Positions 8,682-18,549 of a stretch of 64,000 nt of DNA are shown in pieces (within the stretch, counting starts at the first letter, position 1; the number at the start of each line of letters is the position of its first letter). The stretch is from positions 247 to 64,246 of the forward strand of contig CAZVMC010000002.1 in NCBI GenBank assembly GCA_964628635.1, written 5' to 3'. This DNA is from an uncultured Novosphingobium sp. (lineage in GTDB: Bacteria; Pseudomonadota; Alphaproteobacteria; Sphingomonadales; Sphingomonadaceae). The translations under genes and the position numbers were made by a program. Under the pieces are notes generated by a model. That model worked only from the letters and a program-made list of their open reading frames with translations. It made no database searches and was not told where the DNA came from.

Positions 8682-10295
8682 ATGCCGCAGATCGATCGCC
8701 GGACCCTGTTCAAAGCCGGGGCGCTGGGCTTTGCGGGGATGGCTGCGCCTGCTCTGGCGAGCGATGCGGCTGGTTTCACTCACGGTGTCGCCAGCGGCGA
8801 GCCGGGGGCAAACCGGGTGCTGTTGTGGACCCGCTATGTCAGCCCGGACTTGGCCAAGCTGCGCTGGGAACTGTCCGAAACCCAGGATTTCAAGCGCATC
8901 GTTGCCAAAGGCACTGCCGAAGCTTCACCCGAACGCGATCATTGCGTCAAGGCGCTGGCGACAGGGCTGAAGCCGGGGCGGCAGTACTGGTATCGCTTCG
9001 TCGCCGCTGACGGAGCGATGTCACCGGTTGGCCGCACCAAGACGCTGCCGGCCGGCAAGGTCGCCAAGTTCCGGATCGCGGTGTTTTCCTGCTCGAACAT
9101 CGGCTTCGGCTGGTTCAATGCCTATGCTCACGCCTGCGAGGCGGACGATTTCGATCTCGCAGTCCATCTCGGCGATTACATTTACGAGCAGAAGCGCGGG
9201 ATCTATCCCAGCGCAGACAAGGCCTTGGACGGGCGACCGCAGCCCGAGCTCGAAGCCACGGCGCTGGCCAGCTACCGCGAGCGGCTGGCGGTCTATCGCA
9301 GCGATCCCGATCTCCAGCGGCTCCACGCGCAATTCCCGATGATCTTCTGCCGCGACGATCACGAGAGTGTCAACGATGCCTGGTCGGGCGGGGCGGAGAA
9401 CCATCAGCCTGCGACCGAGGGTGATTGGGCCGCGCGCAAGGCCGCCTCCGAACGCGCCTACCGCGAATGGATGCCGATCTCGGACGATTATTACGCGAGC
9501 TATGAGGTCGGCAATCTCGCCACGCTGTTCCGGCTCGAAACCCGGCACCTGGCTCGCGACAAGCAGCTTAGCCTCACAGGGGCTTATCTGGCGGCCAAAC
9601 CTGAAGAGCGCGAAGCGGCGCTGATCAAGTTTCGTGACAGCACCTGGCCCGATGCCGGGCGCGGCTTGCTGGGCGCAGCGCAGGAGCAATGGCTGGGTGC
9701 CGGGCTCGCGAGGTCGACGCGGGCGCGCAAGCCTTGGCAGGTGCTGCTGCAGCAGATCATCATGGGTCGCCGGGTGCTGCCGCCGATTGCGATCGAGGGG
9801 GTGCCGGACAGTTTTCCGCCGCTCTATCGCTCGGTTCTGAGCTCAGCGGTGGATGCCGGCAAGATCGATCTGCCCTGGTCGATGGACATGTGGGACGGTT
9901 ACCCGGCCGCGCGTGAGCGGCTCTATGCAATGGCGCTCAAAGCGAAGGCCAATCTCGTAGTACTGGCGGGGGATAGCCACAACGGCTGGGCCTTCGAACA
10001 TGATCACAAGGGCGAACGCGTGGGGGTGGAATTCGCGGGGGCCAGCGTAACCTCACCGGGGGCGGAAGATACCCTGCCGTGGGTCGAACCTGCCGCGTTG
10101 GCGAACGCGCTGGTCGCCGCCAATCCCCAGCTCAAATGGTGCGACACCAAGCAGCGCGGCTATCTGGCGCTGGAGCTGACGCCCGAGCAGGCGAGCGGTG
10201 AGTACCGCTTCTTGCAGACGATCCGCGAACGCTCGACCGCGCTGGCCGGAACCCATCGTCTGAAAGTCAAGGCTGGCGCACGGCGGTTTACCTGA
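8682..10295 (+). CDS. phoD: PhoD-family alkaline phosphatase (Tat-exported)
   Basis: Tat motif DRRTLFK; FTHGVASGEP, HLGDYIYE, DDHE, DMWDGY, GDSH. GGGAGA precedes ATG 8682. Confidence 0.92.
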   Translation: MPQIDRRTLFKAGALGFAGMAAPALASDAAGFTHGVASGEPGANRVLLWTRYVSPDLAKLRWELSETQDFKRIVAKGTAEASPERDHCVKALATGLKPGRQYWYRFVAADGAMSPVGRTKTLPAGKVAKFRIAVFSCSNIGFGWFNAYAHACEADDFDLAVHLGDYIYEQKRGIYPSADKALDGRPQPELEATALASYRERLAVYRSDPDLQRLHAQFPMIFCRDDHESVNDAWSGGAENHQPATEGDWAARKAASERAYREWMPISDDYYASYEVGNLATLFRLETRHLARDKQLSLTGAYLAAKPEEREAALIKFRDSTWPDAGRGLLGAAQEQWLGAGLARSTRARKPWQVLLQQIIMGRRVLPPIAIEGVPDSFPPLYRSVLSSAVDAGKIDLPWSMDMWDGYPAARERLYAMALKAKANLVVLAGDSHNGWAFEHDHKGERVGVEFAGASVTSPGAEDTLPWVEPAALANALVAANPQLKWCDTKQRGYLALELTPEQASGEYRFLQTIRERSTALAGTHRLKVKAGARRFT

Positions 10296-10325
10296 TCTTG
10301 AATTGTCCGCGCTAATCCCGCACGG

Positions 10326-11636
10326 ATGAAGGCCAAGCTTGACCAGATAACGCTGTGGTTCGCCACGTCGCGGCGCGCGCTGCTGGCGCTGTGGGCGCTC
10401 TATCTGGTGCCGCGCGCGCTGCTGATCCTGCTCGATGTCCAGCCTTGGTCCGATGCGGCCTATTACTATGAGCGCGCGGCGGAACTCGCTGCGGGGCAGG
10501 GCTACCTGAGTCCGCAGGGCCAGCCGACCGCATTCTGGCCGCCGGGCTGGCCCTTGATGCTGGCGGCGGTGTTCAAGCTCACCGGGCCTTCGGTGGCGGC
10601 GGCCGGCCTGCTCAACCTCGCTTTCGCGGCGATCAGCGCCGCGCTGGTGCTGGCGCTGGGGCGCAAGATCGGCGGCTCGGAACTGGCCGCGCGGCTCGCG
10701 CTGCTGTGTCTGGCGGTCTATCCCAACAATGCCGCCTATGTGCCGCTGGCGCTGACCGAAGTGTTTTACACCGCGCTGCTGTTGGCGATCTGCTGGCTGC
10801 TGGTGGTGAAGCGCGGCTGGCTGGCGCTGGTCGGCGCGGGACTGCTGCTTGGCGCGGCGACGCTGGTCAAGGCGCAGACCTTGGTGGTGGTGCCGCTGGT
10901 GCTGGGGATCGCGGTGCTGCGTGCCACGGATTCGTGGCCAAGTTTCTGGTCGGCGCTGCGCGGGGCGATTGCCAAGGGCGTGCTGCTCGGCCTGCTCGCC
11001 GCGCTGGTGGTGATGCCGTGGAGCCTGCGCAACGAACGGGTGCTGGGTGAACTGGTGGTCGTCTCGACCAACGGCGGGGTCACGCTACTGACCGGCAACA
11101 ACCGCGATGCCAACGGCAGCTATGTGGAAAGCGATCCGGTTTATCAGGCGCTGTTCGCGCGTCGGCTGACGATGAGCGAGATGGCCTACGATGCCGAGGC
11201 CAAGCGGCTCGCGGTGGAATGGATCAAGGCCAACCCCGGCAAGTTCATCGCACTGATGCCGAAGAAATTCTTCCGTCTGTGGGGTCCGGATGGTGAGGCG
11301 CAATGGAACTATGAAAAAGGCGCCGCCAGTTTTGCCGCCAACGAACGCCTGTTCTGGGCGGCGCGCGTGGCCAATCAGGCCTTGTATATCCTGCTGCTAG
11401 CTGGGTTTGCGCTGGCATTCCTGGTGCAGGTGCGGCGGCGCTGGCGTGACGGCGAACTGTTCGATTGGTGGCTGCTGCCCTACGGGATCGCCGCCTACCC
11501 CACCGCAATCGCCGCGGTCTTCTCCGGCCAATCGCGGTTCCACTATCCGGCAATGCCCTTCGTCTGCCTGAGCGTTGGTTGGCTGCTGGCGGACTGGTTT
11601 GCCCGGAGGGTAAACGAGCACCGGGTTGTTTCTTAA
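10326..11636 (+). CDS. GT-C fold membrane glycosyltransferase (ArnT/PMT-like)
   Basis: WSDAAYY, PTAFWPPGWP, LTEVFYT, PWSLRN, RFHYP; polytopic. Confidence 0.75.
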   Translation: MKAKLDQITLWFATSRRALLALWALYLVPRALLILLDVQPWSDAAYYYERAAELAAGQGYLSPQGQPTAFWPPGWPLMLAAVFKLTGPSVAAAGLLNLAFAAISAALVLALGRKIGGSELAARLALLCLAVYPNNAAYVPLALTEVFYTALLLAICWLLVVKRGWLALVGAGLLLGAATLVKAQTLVVVPLVLGIAVLRATDSWPSFWSALRGAIAKGVLLGLLAALVVMPWSLRNERVLGELVVVSTNGGVTLLTGNNRDANGSYVESDPVYQALFARRLTMSEMAYDAEAKRLAVEWIKANPGKFIALMPKKFFRLWGPDGEAQWNYEKGAASFAANERLFWAARVANQALYILLLAGFALAFLVQVRRRWRDGELFDWWLLPYGIAAYPTAIAAVFSGQSRFHYPAMPFVCLSVGWLLADWFARRVNEHRVVS

Positions 11637-11661
11637 CCTGTGCGCCGCTAAAGGCATCGGC

Positions 11662-11730
11662 ATGACGCTTATCTGCGCCTTGACTACTACCACCACCCCG
11701 GCACTCCGGGGGCGGAGCGCTTCGGCCTGA
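11662..11730 (+). CDS. Thr-rich leader peptide [22 protein letters not shown] upstream of thrS
   Basis: ATG 11662 to TGA 11730 with ACT ACT ACC ACC ACC in tandem, ending 163 nt before thrS. Confidence 0.8.
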   Translation: MTLICALTTTTTPALRGRSASA

Positions 11731-11777
11731 AGGCCCCAAGCGCACCGCCGTCCGGTTTCGGGCGGCTGGTGTCTCTT
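11696..11777 (+). promoter_or_regulatory. Candidate attenuator with alternative hairpins
   Basis: ccccgg-cact-ccgggg; ggcggagcgctt...aagcgcaccgcc; caccgccgtccg-gttt-cgggcggctggtg followed by TCTCTT. The second and third share ccgcc. Confidence 0.6.
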
Positions 11778-11855
11778 CCCGAAATCGCAATCCTGCTGAC
11801 ACCGCCCCTTCCGGTGCGGGCGGCCTTGTGCCAAAGCGCCCCAAACTTGGCGCGC

Positions 11856-11887
11856 GCCAAACCAGACGAGTGCCAAACCAGACGAGT
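11856..11887 (+). repeat. Perfect 16-bp tandem duplication (gccaaaccagacgagt x2)
   Basis: Read directly; ends 6 nt before the thrS ATG. Confidence 0.9.
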
Positions 11888-11893
11888 GATTGC

Positions 11894-13894
11894 ATGTCCG
11901 AACTTCTGAAAATCAGCCTGCCCGATGGTTCCGTGCGTGAGATGGCCGTAGGCAGCACCCCCGGCGATGTCGCTGCGGCGATCGGTCCGGGCCTGGCCAA
12001 AGCGGCCTTGGCGGCGCGGGTCGATGGCGAGCTGGTCGACTTGTCGTATCCTTTTGCGAAAGATGCGAGCCTCGCGCTGGTGACCAGCCGCGATGAGGCC
12101 GATGCGCTGGAACTGGCGCGGCACGATTACGCCCACGTGCTCGCCGAAGCAGTCCAGTCGCTGTTCCCCGGAACGCAGATCACCTTCGGTCCGGCAACCG
12201 ACGACGGGTTCTATTACGATGTCCTCGCGCCTAGTTCACGTGAACCGTTCGGGATGGACGATCTCCCCGCGATCGAAGCGGAGATGCGCAAGATTATCCA
12301 AGCCGACAAGCCGCTGCGCCGCGAGGTGTGGACGCGGCAGGCGCTGATCGACAAGTGGCGCGCCGAGGGTGAGAGCTTCAAGGCCGAATGGGCTGCGGAA
12401 TTGCCCGAGGGTGAGGAGCTCTCGGTCTACTGGTCGGGTGACGACTGGCTCGACATGTGTCGGGGTCCGCATCTGCCCTCTACCGGCAAGCTCGATCCGC
12501 AAGCCTTCAAGTTGATGCGCGTTGCCGGGGCCTATTGGCGCGGCGACCAGAAGAATGCGCAGCTGACGCGGATCTACGGCACCGGCTGGCTCAACAAGAA
12601 GCAGCTCGACGCGCACCTGACGCGGCTGGAAGAAGCCGCAAAGCGCGATCACCGGCGGCTGGGGCAGGAGATGGACCTGTTCCACCTTCAGCAGGAGGCC
12701 CACGGCTCGGTGTTCTGGCACCCCAAGGGCTTCAAGGTCTGGCGTGAGCTGGAAGCCTACATGCGCCGCGCGATCGACGGCGCGGGTTACCGCGAGGTCA
12801 AGACCCCGCAAGTGATGGACGCGCGCCAGTGGGAGCAGTCCGGCCACTGGGGCAAATACCGCGCCAACATGTTCGTGATTCCCGATGAGGTGCCCAACAC
12901 CGAGGATGAAGGTCCGGTCATCTCTGGCGAGGCCGACTGGATGGCGCTCAAGCCGATGAACTGCCCGGCGCACGTGCTGATCTTCCGCCAGGGCATCAAG
13001 TCCTACCGCGACCTGCCGCTGCGGCTCTATGAAAACGGCTGCTGCCACCGCAACGAACCGCACGGCGCCTTGCATGGCCTGATGCGGGTGCGCCAGTTCA
13101 CGCAGGATGACGCGCACATCTTCTGCCGCGAGGATCAGATCGTCGCCGAAGTGAAGGCGTTCTGCGAACTCGCCGACCGGGTCTACAAGGACTTCGGCTT
13201 CACCTATGCGGTCAAGCTGGCGCTGCGCCCCGAGCAGCGCTTTGGCAGCGATGCCGATTGGGACAAGGCCGAGAGCGAGCTGCGCAACGCGGTGATCGAG
13301 GCGGGCCTCGCCACCGAGGAATACGGCTGGGAAGAACTCCCCGGCGAAGGCGCGTTCTACGCCCCCAAGCTCGAATGGCACCTGACTGATGCGATCGGGC
13401 GGACCTGGCAGGTCGGCACGATCCAGTCCGACCGCGTGCTGCCCGAACGGCTCGATGCGAGCTACGTGGGCGAGGACGGCGAGAAGCATCGCCCGGTCAT
13501 GCTCCACCGCGCGATCTTCGGGAGCTACGAACGCTTCATCGGCATCCTGATCGAGCATTTCGCGGGCAAACTGCCCGTGTGGCTCGCCCCGGTGCAGGCG
13601 GTGGTGGCGACGATCGTCTCGGACGCAGATGGTTATGCCGCGGATGTGGCGGCCCAGCTCGAAGCCGCAGGTATCCGCGTCGAAACCGACCTGCGCAACG
13701 AAAAGATCAACTACAAGGTCCGCGAGCACTCGCTGGCCAAAGTTCCGCACCTGCTGGTCGTCGGCAAACGCGAGGCCGAGGAGGGGACTGTCGCGCTGCG
13801 GACACTGGGGGCCGAGCACCAGAAGGTGATGCCGCTGGGCGAGGCTATTGCCTTGCTTAGGGGTGAGGCGCTGGCGCCGGACCTGCGGGGTTGA
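11894..13894 (+). CDS. thrS: Threonine--tRNA ligase
   Basis: TGS N-terminus (ISLPDGS), [44 protein letters not shown]. Confidence 0.98.
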   Translation: MSELLKISLPDGSVREMAVGSTPGDVAAAIGPGLAKAALAARVDGELVDLSYPFAKDASLALVTSRDEADALELARHDYAHVLAEAVQSLFPGTQITFGPATDDGFYYDVLAPSSREPFGMDDLPAIEAEMRKIIQADKPLRREVWTRQALIDKWRAEGESFKAEWAAELPEGEELSVYWSGDDWLDMCRGPHLPSTGKLDPQAFKLMRVAGAYWRGDQKNAQLTRIYGTGWLNKKQLDAHLTRLEEAAKRDHRRLGQEMDLFHLQQEAHGSVFWHPKGFKVWRELEAYMRRAIDGAGYREVKTPQVMDARQWEQSGHWGKYRANMFVIPDEVPNTEDEGPVISGEADWMALKPMNCPAHVLIFRQGIKSYRDLPLRLYENGCCHRNEPHGALHGLMRVRQFTQDDAHIFCREDQIVAEVKAFCELADRVYKDFGFTYAVKLALRPEQRFGSDADWDKAESELRNAVIEAGLATEEYGWEELPGEGAFYAPKLEWHLTDAIGRTWQVGTIQSDRVLPERLDASYVGEDGEKHRPVMLHRAIFGSYERFIGILIEHFAGKLPVWLAPVQAVVATIVSDADGYAADVAAQLEAAGIRVETDLRNEKINYKVREHSLAKVPHLLVVGKREAEEGTVALRTLGAEHQKVMPLGEAIALLRGEALAPDLRG

Positions 13895-14730
13895 GTCTAA
13901 AGCGCGAGTTCGGCTGGCGACACGCGCTTGTCGGACTAGCGCTGCTCGGCTGCGTAGTGCTGGGCAAGGGTTATTGGAACGCCACCCGCGATCCTCTCGT
14001 GCGCACCGCTGAACTGAGCGTTTCCGGCCTGGAGGAGCCCATCAGGGTGCTGGCGCTGTCCGATATTCACGTCGCCGGGCCGGATATGCCGCCCGAGCGA
14101 CTGGCGCGGATTGTCGCCGATCTGAACAAGCTCAAGCCCGATCTGGTGCTGATTGCCGGGGATCTGGTAAGTGAAAAGCGGCTCGCCACGCATATTTACA
14201 CGCCCGCCGAAGTAGTCGCGCCGCTTGGTGGCTTACGGGCGCGACTCGGTGTGCTCGCCGCGCTGGGCAATCACGATCACTGGTTCGATGCACCAGCGGT
14301 CACGGCCGAATTGCGCAAGCGCGGGATCACCGTGCTGGAGAATGAAGCGGCCGATCTCGGGCCACTGATAGTCGGCGGAGTCGGGGACGACTTCACCGCG
14401 CACGATGACGTGCCAGCGACCTTTGCGGCAATGGCTGCGCTCGGAACCAAGCCTCGTTTGTTAGTGACGCATAGCCCGGATGCGGTTCCTGAATTCCCTG
14501 AATCCGTTGCCGCAGTCTTTGCTGGGCACACCCATTGCGGACAGATTTCTCTGCCTTTCTATGGCGCGATCAGTCACATGTCGCGCTATGATGATCGCTT
14601 CGCTTGCGGGAAGATTTTCGATGGAGGGCAGAGCATCTTTGTCGGCGCGGGACTTGGCACTAGCATTCTTCCGCTGCGATTTGGTGCGCCCCCGGACGTT
14701 TGGCTGGTAACCCTAAAGCCTGCCAGATGA
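13891..14730 (+). CDS. Calcineurin-like metallophosphoesterase
   Basis: SDIH, GDLV, GNHDH, THSP, GHTHCGQ motifs; TTG start overlaps the thrS stop. Confidence 0.9.
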   Translation: MSLKREFGWRHALVGLALLGCVVLGKGYWNATRDPLVRTAELSVSGLEEPIRVLALSDIHVAGPDMPPERLARIVADLNKLKPDLVLIAGDLVSEKRLATHIYTPAEVVAPLGGLRARLGVLAALGNHDHWFDAPAVTAELRKRGITVLENEAADLGPLIVGGVGDDFTAHDDVPATFAAMAALGTKPRLLVTHSPDAVPEFPESVAAVFAGHTHCGQISLPFYGAISHMSRYDDRFACGKIFDGGQSIFVGAGLGTSILPLRFGAPPDVWLVTLKPAR

Positions 14731-15473
14731 TACTAGCGCTCACCCCCACCCAGATCGCCATTGCCCTTGCCGCCGCGCTGGCCGCAGCCTTCGTGCGCGG
14801 GCTGGCGGGGTTCGGGATGGCGATACTGCTGGTGCCGGTGCTGGGGTTGGCGGTTGCGCCGAGCGAGGCGGTGGTGACTTCGAATTGGCTGGGGATCTTC
14901 ATCGGGCTGGTCGGGCTGCGGCAGATCCTGGGTCAAGCCGAGCGTTCCGCACTCCAGATCGCCGGGCTGGCGATGCTGGCGACCCCGCTGGGGGTCTGGC
15001 TGCTTTCGATCACCGACCCGGCGCTGGCGCGGCTGCTGATCGCGCTGGTCGCATTGGGGGCTTTTGGCATGGTGCTGCTGCCCAAGCGTGCGGCCGATCA
15101 TGTCCCGCCATTGGCCGAGACCGGGGCGACCGGGATTGCCTGCGGAGTGCTGACCGGATTCGCCGGGATGCCCGGTGTGCCAGTGGTGCCCTATTACCTG
15201 CGCCGTCTGCTCAGCCCGACAATCGCGCGCGCTTCGATGATGACGATCTTCATCGCAACTTCGGTCGCCGGGGTTGGCTCGGCCTTTGCCTTGCAAGTGG
15301 CGAGCTGGCGGGATTTCTATCTTGCCGCCGTGCTGTTTCCGGCGGTGCTGCTCGGCAACTGGCTGGGCAATCGTGCCTTCGGCAAAGTCAGCGATGCGGC
15401 CTGGCGCACCTTCACCGGCGCAGTGTTGGGTGTCGCCGCCGGAGCCGCGCTGTGGCGCTTGCTACAGGGGTAG
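14727..15473 (+). CDS. TauE/SafE sulfite exporter family protein
   Basis: AFVRGLAGFGMAILLVP and GVLTGFAGMPG repeats; about 8 TM segments. Confidence 0.88.
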   Translation: MILALTPTQIAIALAAALAAAFVRGLAGFGMAILLVPVLGLAVAPSEAVVTSNWLGIFIGLVGLRQILGQAERSALQIAGLAMLATPLGVWLLSITDPALARLLIALVALGAFGMVLLPKRAADHVPPLAETGATGIACGVLTGFAGMPGVPVVPYYLRRLLSPTIARASMMTIFIATSVAGVGSAFALQVASWRDFYLAAVLFPAVLLGNWLGNRAFGKVSDAAWRTFTGAVLGVAAGAALWRLLQG

Positions 15474-15569
15474 CGGCTGGCCGGCGCAGATCAACGCCAG
15501 CGCGCAGGCGGAGACGGTAAGGCTGCGCGCCCAGCTTGCGAGATCAACATAGGATAGAGTGCTTGCCAT
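15462..15569 (-). CDS. Putative 35-aa small membrane peptide
   Basis: MASTLSYVDLASWARSLTVSACALALICAGQPLPL fills the gap downstream of tauE; RBS is weak. Confidence 0.4.
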   Translation of the reverse strand: MASTLSYVDLASWARSLTVSACALALICAGQPLPL

Positions 15570-15613
15570 CGCATCGTGCTGCGCTGGTGGGCCTTTCAGA
15601 AAGGTAAAGAAAC

Positions 15614-15786
15614 GGGTTCGCGCAAAGGCGCAAAGATGAAGAAGGCGCGAAGGTGTTGCGCACGGCCGAAGGCCGCCTCAAGCCGCTTCGGCAAATCCTC
15701 GCGGCACAGAAGCAGTCAAAGGGCGGCTTCGCCCGCAAACTCGACGTCTTTGCGCCTTCTTCATCTTTGCGCCTTTGCGCGAACCC
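15614..15786 (+). repeat. Palindromic element, family B (copy B1)
   Basis: 39-bp inverted arms gggttcgcgcaaaggcgcaaagatgaagaaggcgc(g/a)aag with one mismatch; internal hairpins cggcc-gaa-ggccg and gggcg-gctt-cgccc. Confidence 0.9.
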
Positions 15787-15817
15787 ACTTTTTCTGTGTG
15801 TTTCGATCAGGCTTGAA

Positions 15818-16795
15818 TCACAACACCGGCATCTGCTGGCTGGCACAGTGGAACGATCCGCCCCCGGCCAGCACCGCATCGGCCAGAATGCCAACAACCG
15901 TGCGGTCCGGGAACAGCTCCGCCACCGCTGCGACTCCGTCAGCATCGTGCCGCGTGCCATAGGTAGGTACCACCACCAGCCGCGAGGTGATGCAGAAGTT
16001 CATGTAGCTGGCCGGTTCAATCCGACCGTCGGTTTCCACCCGTCCCGGCGACGGAACCTCGCGAACCGCCACCCCGAAGGCATCGGCGCGGGCCTTGGCA
16101 TCTGCATAGATCGCGGCGTTGGGATCACCTGCCCCGGTCGCGCGGGGCAGGACCAACACACCCGGCGCGACGAAGCGGGCGAGGTTGTCGACATGGCCAT
16201 CGGTGTGGTCATTGATCAGGCCCTCGCCCAACCACAGCACCCGCTCGAAACCGAGGTCGCGGTCCAGCCGCGCTTCGATCTCGGCCTGTGATAATTGCGG
16301 ATTGCGGTTGGGGTTGAGCAGGCACTGCTCGGTGGTCACCACCAAGCCGGTGCCGTCGGTGTCGATCGCGCCGCCTTCCAGAATCCAGTCCGCGGTTTCG
16401 ACCGTCAGGCCTGCATCTTGCGCCAATTCCGCGCCGATCTCCTGATCGCCGTCCATCAGGTACTTGCCGCCCCAGCCGTTGAACCCAAATCGCATCGCCG
16501 TGCCGTCCGCCAGCACAAGCGGGCCGGTATCGCGCAGCCATACGTCGCCATAGCGGCGCTGCTCTAGCTTCACCGAGGTTGAACACAGTTCGGCGGCGCG
16601 CGCCGCATTGGCGGCATCGCGGACCAGCAGCCGCACCTCCTGCCCGCTCTCGGCCACGGCATTGGCGAAGGCCGCAATCTGCTCCTGCGCGCGGCCCAGA
16701 TATCCCGGCCACTCCTCGCCATCGTGCGGAAAGCCGATCCACAACCATTGCTGCGGATGCCATTCGGGCGGCATCCGCACTTTTCTCAGTGTCAT
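15818..16795 (-). CDS. Agmatine deiminase / PAD family protein
   Basis: MPPEW, DVWLRDTGP, LEGGAIDTDG, DHTDGHVD, ASYMNF, GGGSFHCASQQ. Confidence 0.93.
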   Translation of the reverse strand: MTLRKVRMPPEWHPQQWLWIGFPHDGEEWPGYLGRAQEQIAAFANAVAESGQEVRLLVRDAANAARAAELCSTSVKLEQRRYGDVWLRDTGPLVLADGTAMRFGFNGWGGKYLMDGDQEIGAELAQDAGLTVETADWILEGGAIDTDGTGLVVTTEQCLLNPNRNPQLSQAEIEARLDRDLGFERVLWLGEGLINDHTDGHVDNLARFVAPGVLVLPRATGAGDPNAAIYADAKARADAFGVAVREVPSPGRVETDGRIEPASYMNFCITSRLVVVPTYGTRHDADGVAAVAELFPDRTVVGILADAVLAGGGSFHCASQQMPVL

Positions 16796-16801
16796 CGCAG
16801 A

Positions 16802-18472
16802 CTACTTCCCAGCGCGGCTGGCGTCGCGTACGCGGCGGAATTCGTCGCCGGGGTGCCAGTTGGGCCAATCGCGGCTCATCGCGAGATTGCGGCCAAGCCG
16901 GTAGTACAGCTCGCCCGCTTGCAGCGGCCCGCGCCAGTCCCACTTGCCGTCGTATTCGTCGCTCGGCTGGTGATAGTCGACGCGGGTGTAGTTTTCCCGC
17001 CAGGCACCGCCGGCGGCCGCTCCGCCCTCGACCCAATCCTGCCCCAGCCCGACCGAGAACATCGGAACCCCGCGCTTGGCCAGGCTGAAATGGTCCGAAC
17101 GGTAATAGCCGCCGCGCTCCGGGTTCTTCTCCGGCGAAAGGGTCAGCTTCATCTGGGCGAGCGTGGCCATCAGGGTGCGGGTCAGTTCGCTCTTGTCGCC
17201 GCCGGTGACCGAAACGTCACGGCTGCCCGGTCCTTGCGCGACCACGTCCATGTTGACCCCGCCAACGGTCTTGCTGAGCGGATAGACCGGGTTCTGCGCG
17301 TAGTATTCGCTGCCGAGCAGGCCCGATTCCTCGAGCGTCACGGCCAGAAACACCTGGCTGCGATCCGCTGCACCGGCCTTGACGTTGGCTTCGGCCAGCG
17401 CGGTGAGCATCGCGGTACCGCTCGCATTGTCGATCGCGCCGTTGCAGATGTCATCGCCGCTTGCGTCGGGCTTGCAGCGACCCAGGTGATCCCAATGCGC
17501 AGTATAGAGCACATATTCATCCGGCCGCTTCTTGCCGGGCAGGATGCCGATCACATTGCGCGACACCGCGCGGCGGATCTTATTGTCAAAGCCGAATGAG
17601 GCTTTGAGACCCAATGGAACTGGTTTGAAGCCCTTCATTTTCGCTGCGGCAGACAGTGCGCCAAGGTCCTGCCCCGCCGCGCGCATGATCGCTTCGGCCA
17701 CCGGCTTCTGGATCCAGCCGTTCGCCACGGTCTGGCTCATGCCATTGTCGGCCCGGTCGACGAAGTACTGCGCTCCGGTCCATGAGCTTTCGACCACGTT
17801 CCAGCCATAGGCGGCGGGGAAAGTATCGTGGACGATCAGCGCTCCCGCTGCGCCCTGCCGGGCGGCTTCCTCGAACTTGTAGGGCCAGCGGCCGTACCAG
17901 GTCATCCGGCGGCCCTTGAACAGTCCCACCTCGCCCTCGGTCTCGTAGTCTGGGTCATTGACCAGAATGACCGCGATCTTGCCCTTCATGTCGAGGCCGG
18001 CGTAATCGTTCCAACCCAACTCCGGCGCATTGATCCCGTAACCGACGAAGACCAGCTCGGCGTCGGTCAGTTCGGTCCGCTCGGTGAAGCGGTAGGATCC
18101 GGCGACAAAATCCTTGCCATAGGCGTAGAGCATGGTCCTGGCCCCGCCGGTGATCGCAAGGCCGGTGGGCGCGGTCGCGGTGATTTCCACGGTCGGTACG
18201 TCCTGCGTCCAGCCGCCATTGCTGCCGCCGGGATTTCCGGGCTGGAGACCCGCCGCCTTGAACTTTTCAATCAGGTAAGGAACGGTCTTCTCCTCGCCCC
18301 CCGGCGTGCTGGGTGCGCGGCCTTCGAACTCGTCTGACGACAGGGTGCGGACCATCTCTTCGAGCAAGGGCTGCGACAACTGCGGTGGCGCGATACTGGG
18401 CAAGGCTGCCGGCTTGGCCAGCGCGGCCCCCGACAGCGCGATTGCCGAGGCGAGGATCAGGCGGAGTTTCAT
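16802..18472 (-). CDS. M28 family metallopeptidase with PA domain
   Basis: Signal peptide; LSSDEFEGR, TAHWDHLG, NGAIDNASG, EESGLLGS, RSDHF, DYHQPSD. Confidence 0.93.
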   Translation of the reverse strand: MKLRLILASAIALSGAALAKPAALPSIAPPQLSQPLLEEMVRTLSSDEFEGRAPSTPGGEEKTVPYLIEKFKAAGLQPGNPGGSNGGWTQDVPTVEITATAPTGLAITGGARTMLYAYGKDFVAGSYRFTERTELTDAELVFVGYGINAPELGWNDYAGLDMKGKIAVILVNDPDYETEGEVGLFKGRRMTWYGRWPYKFEEAARQGAAGALIVHDTFPAAYGWNVVESSWTGAQYFVDRADNGMSQTVANGWIQKPVAEAIMRAAGQDLGALSAAAKMKGFKPVPLGLKASFGFDNKIRRAVSRNVIGILPGKKRPDEYVLYTAHWDHLGRCKPDASGDDICNGAIDNASGTAMLTALAEANVKAGAADRSQVFLAVTLEESGLLGSEYYAQNPVYPLSKTVGGVNMDVVAQGPGSRDVSVTGGDKSELTRTLMATLAQMKLTLSPEKNPERGGYYRSDHFSLAKRGVPMFSVGLGQDWVEGGAAAGGAWRENYTRVDYHQPSDEYDGKWDWRGPLQAGELYYRLGRNLAMSRDWPNWHPGDEFRRVRDASRAGK

Positions 18473-18549
18473 TGGTGCAGGCCCCTTGGACTGGTTCCGG
18501 AATGGCCCTTGGATTGACAGAGCGCGGCGCGCTTCGCAAGCACGCGTCT

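Noticed and set aside
12236-13819. Long antisense ORFs over thrS (also 34609..35952 over murA and 24310..25308 over the CoA ligase)
   Set aside because: Explained by codon bias of the sense gene; no recognisable domains.
15544-16291. ORFs containing FAPSSSLRLCANP on both strands
   Set aside because: The shared peptide comes from translating the inverted arms of B1; not evidence of genes.
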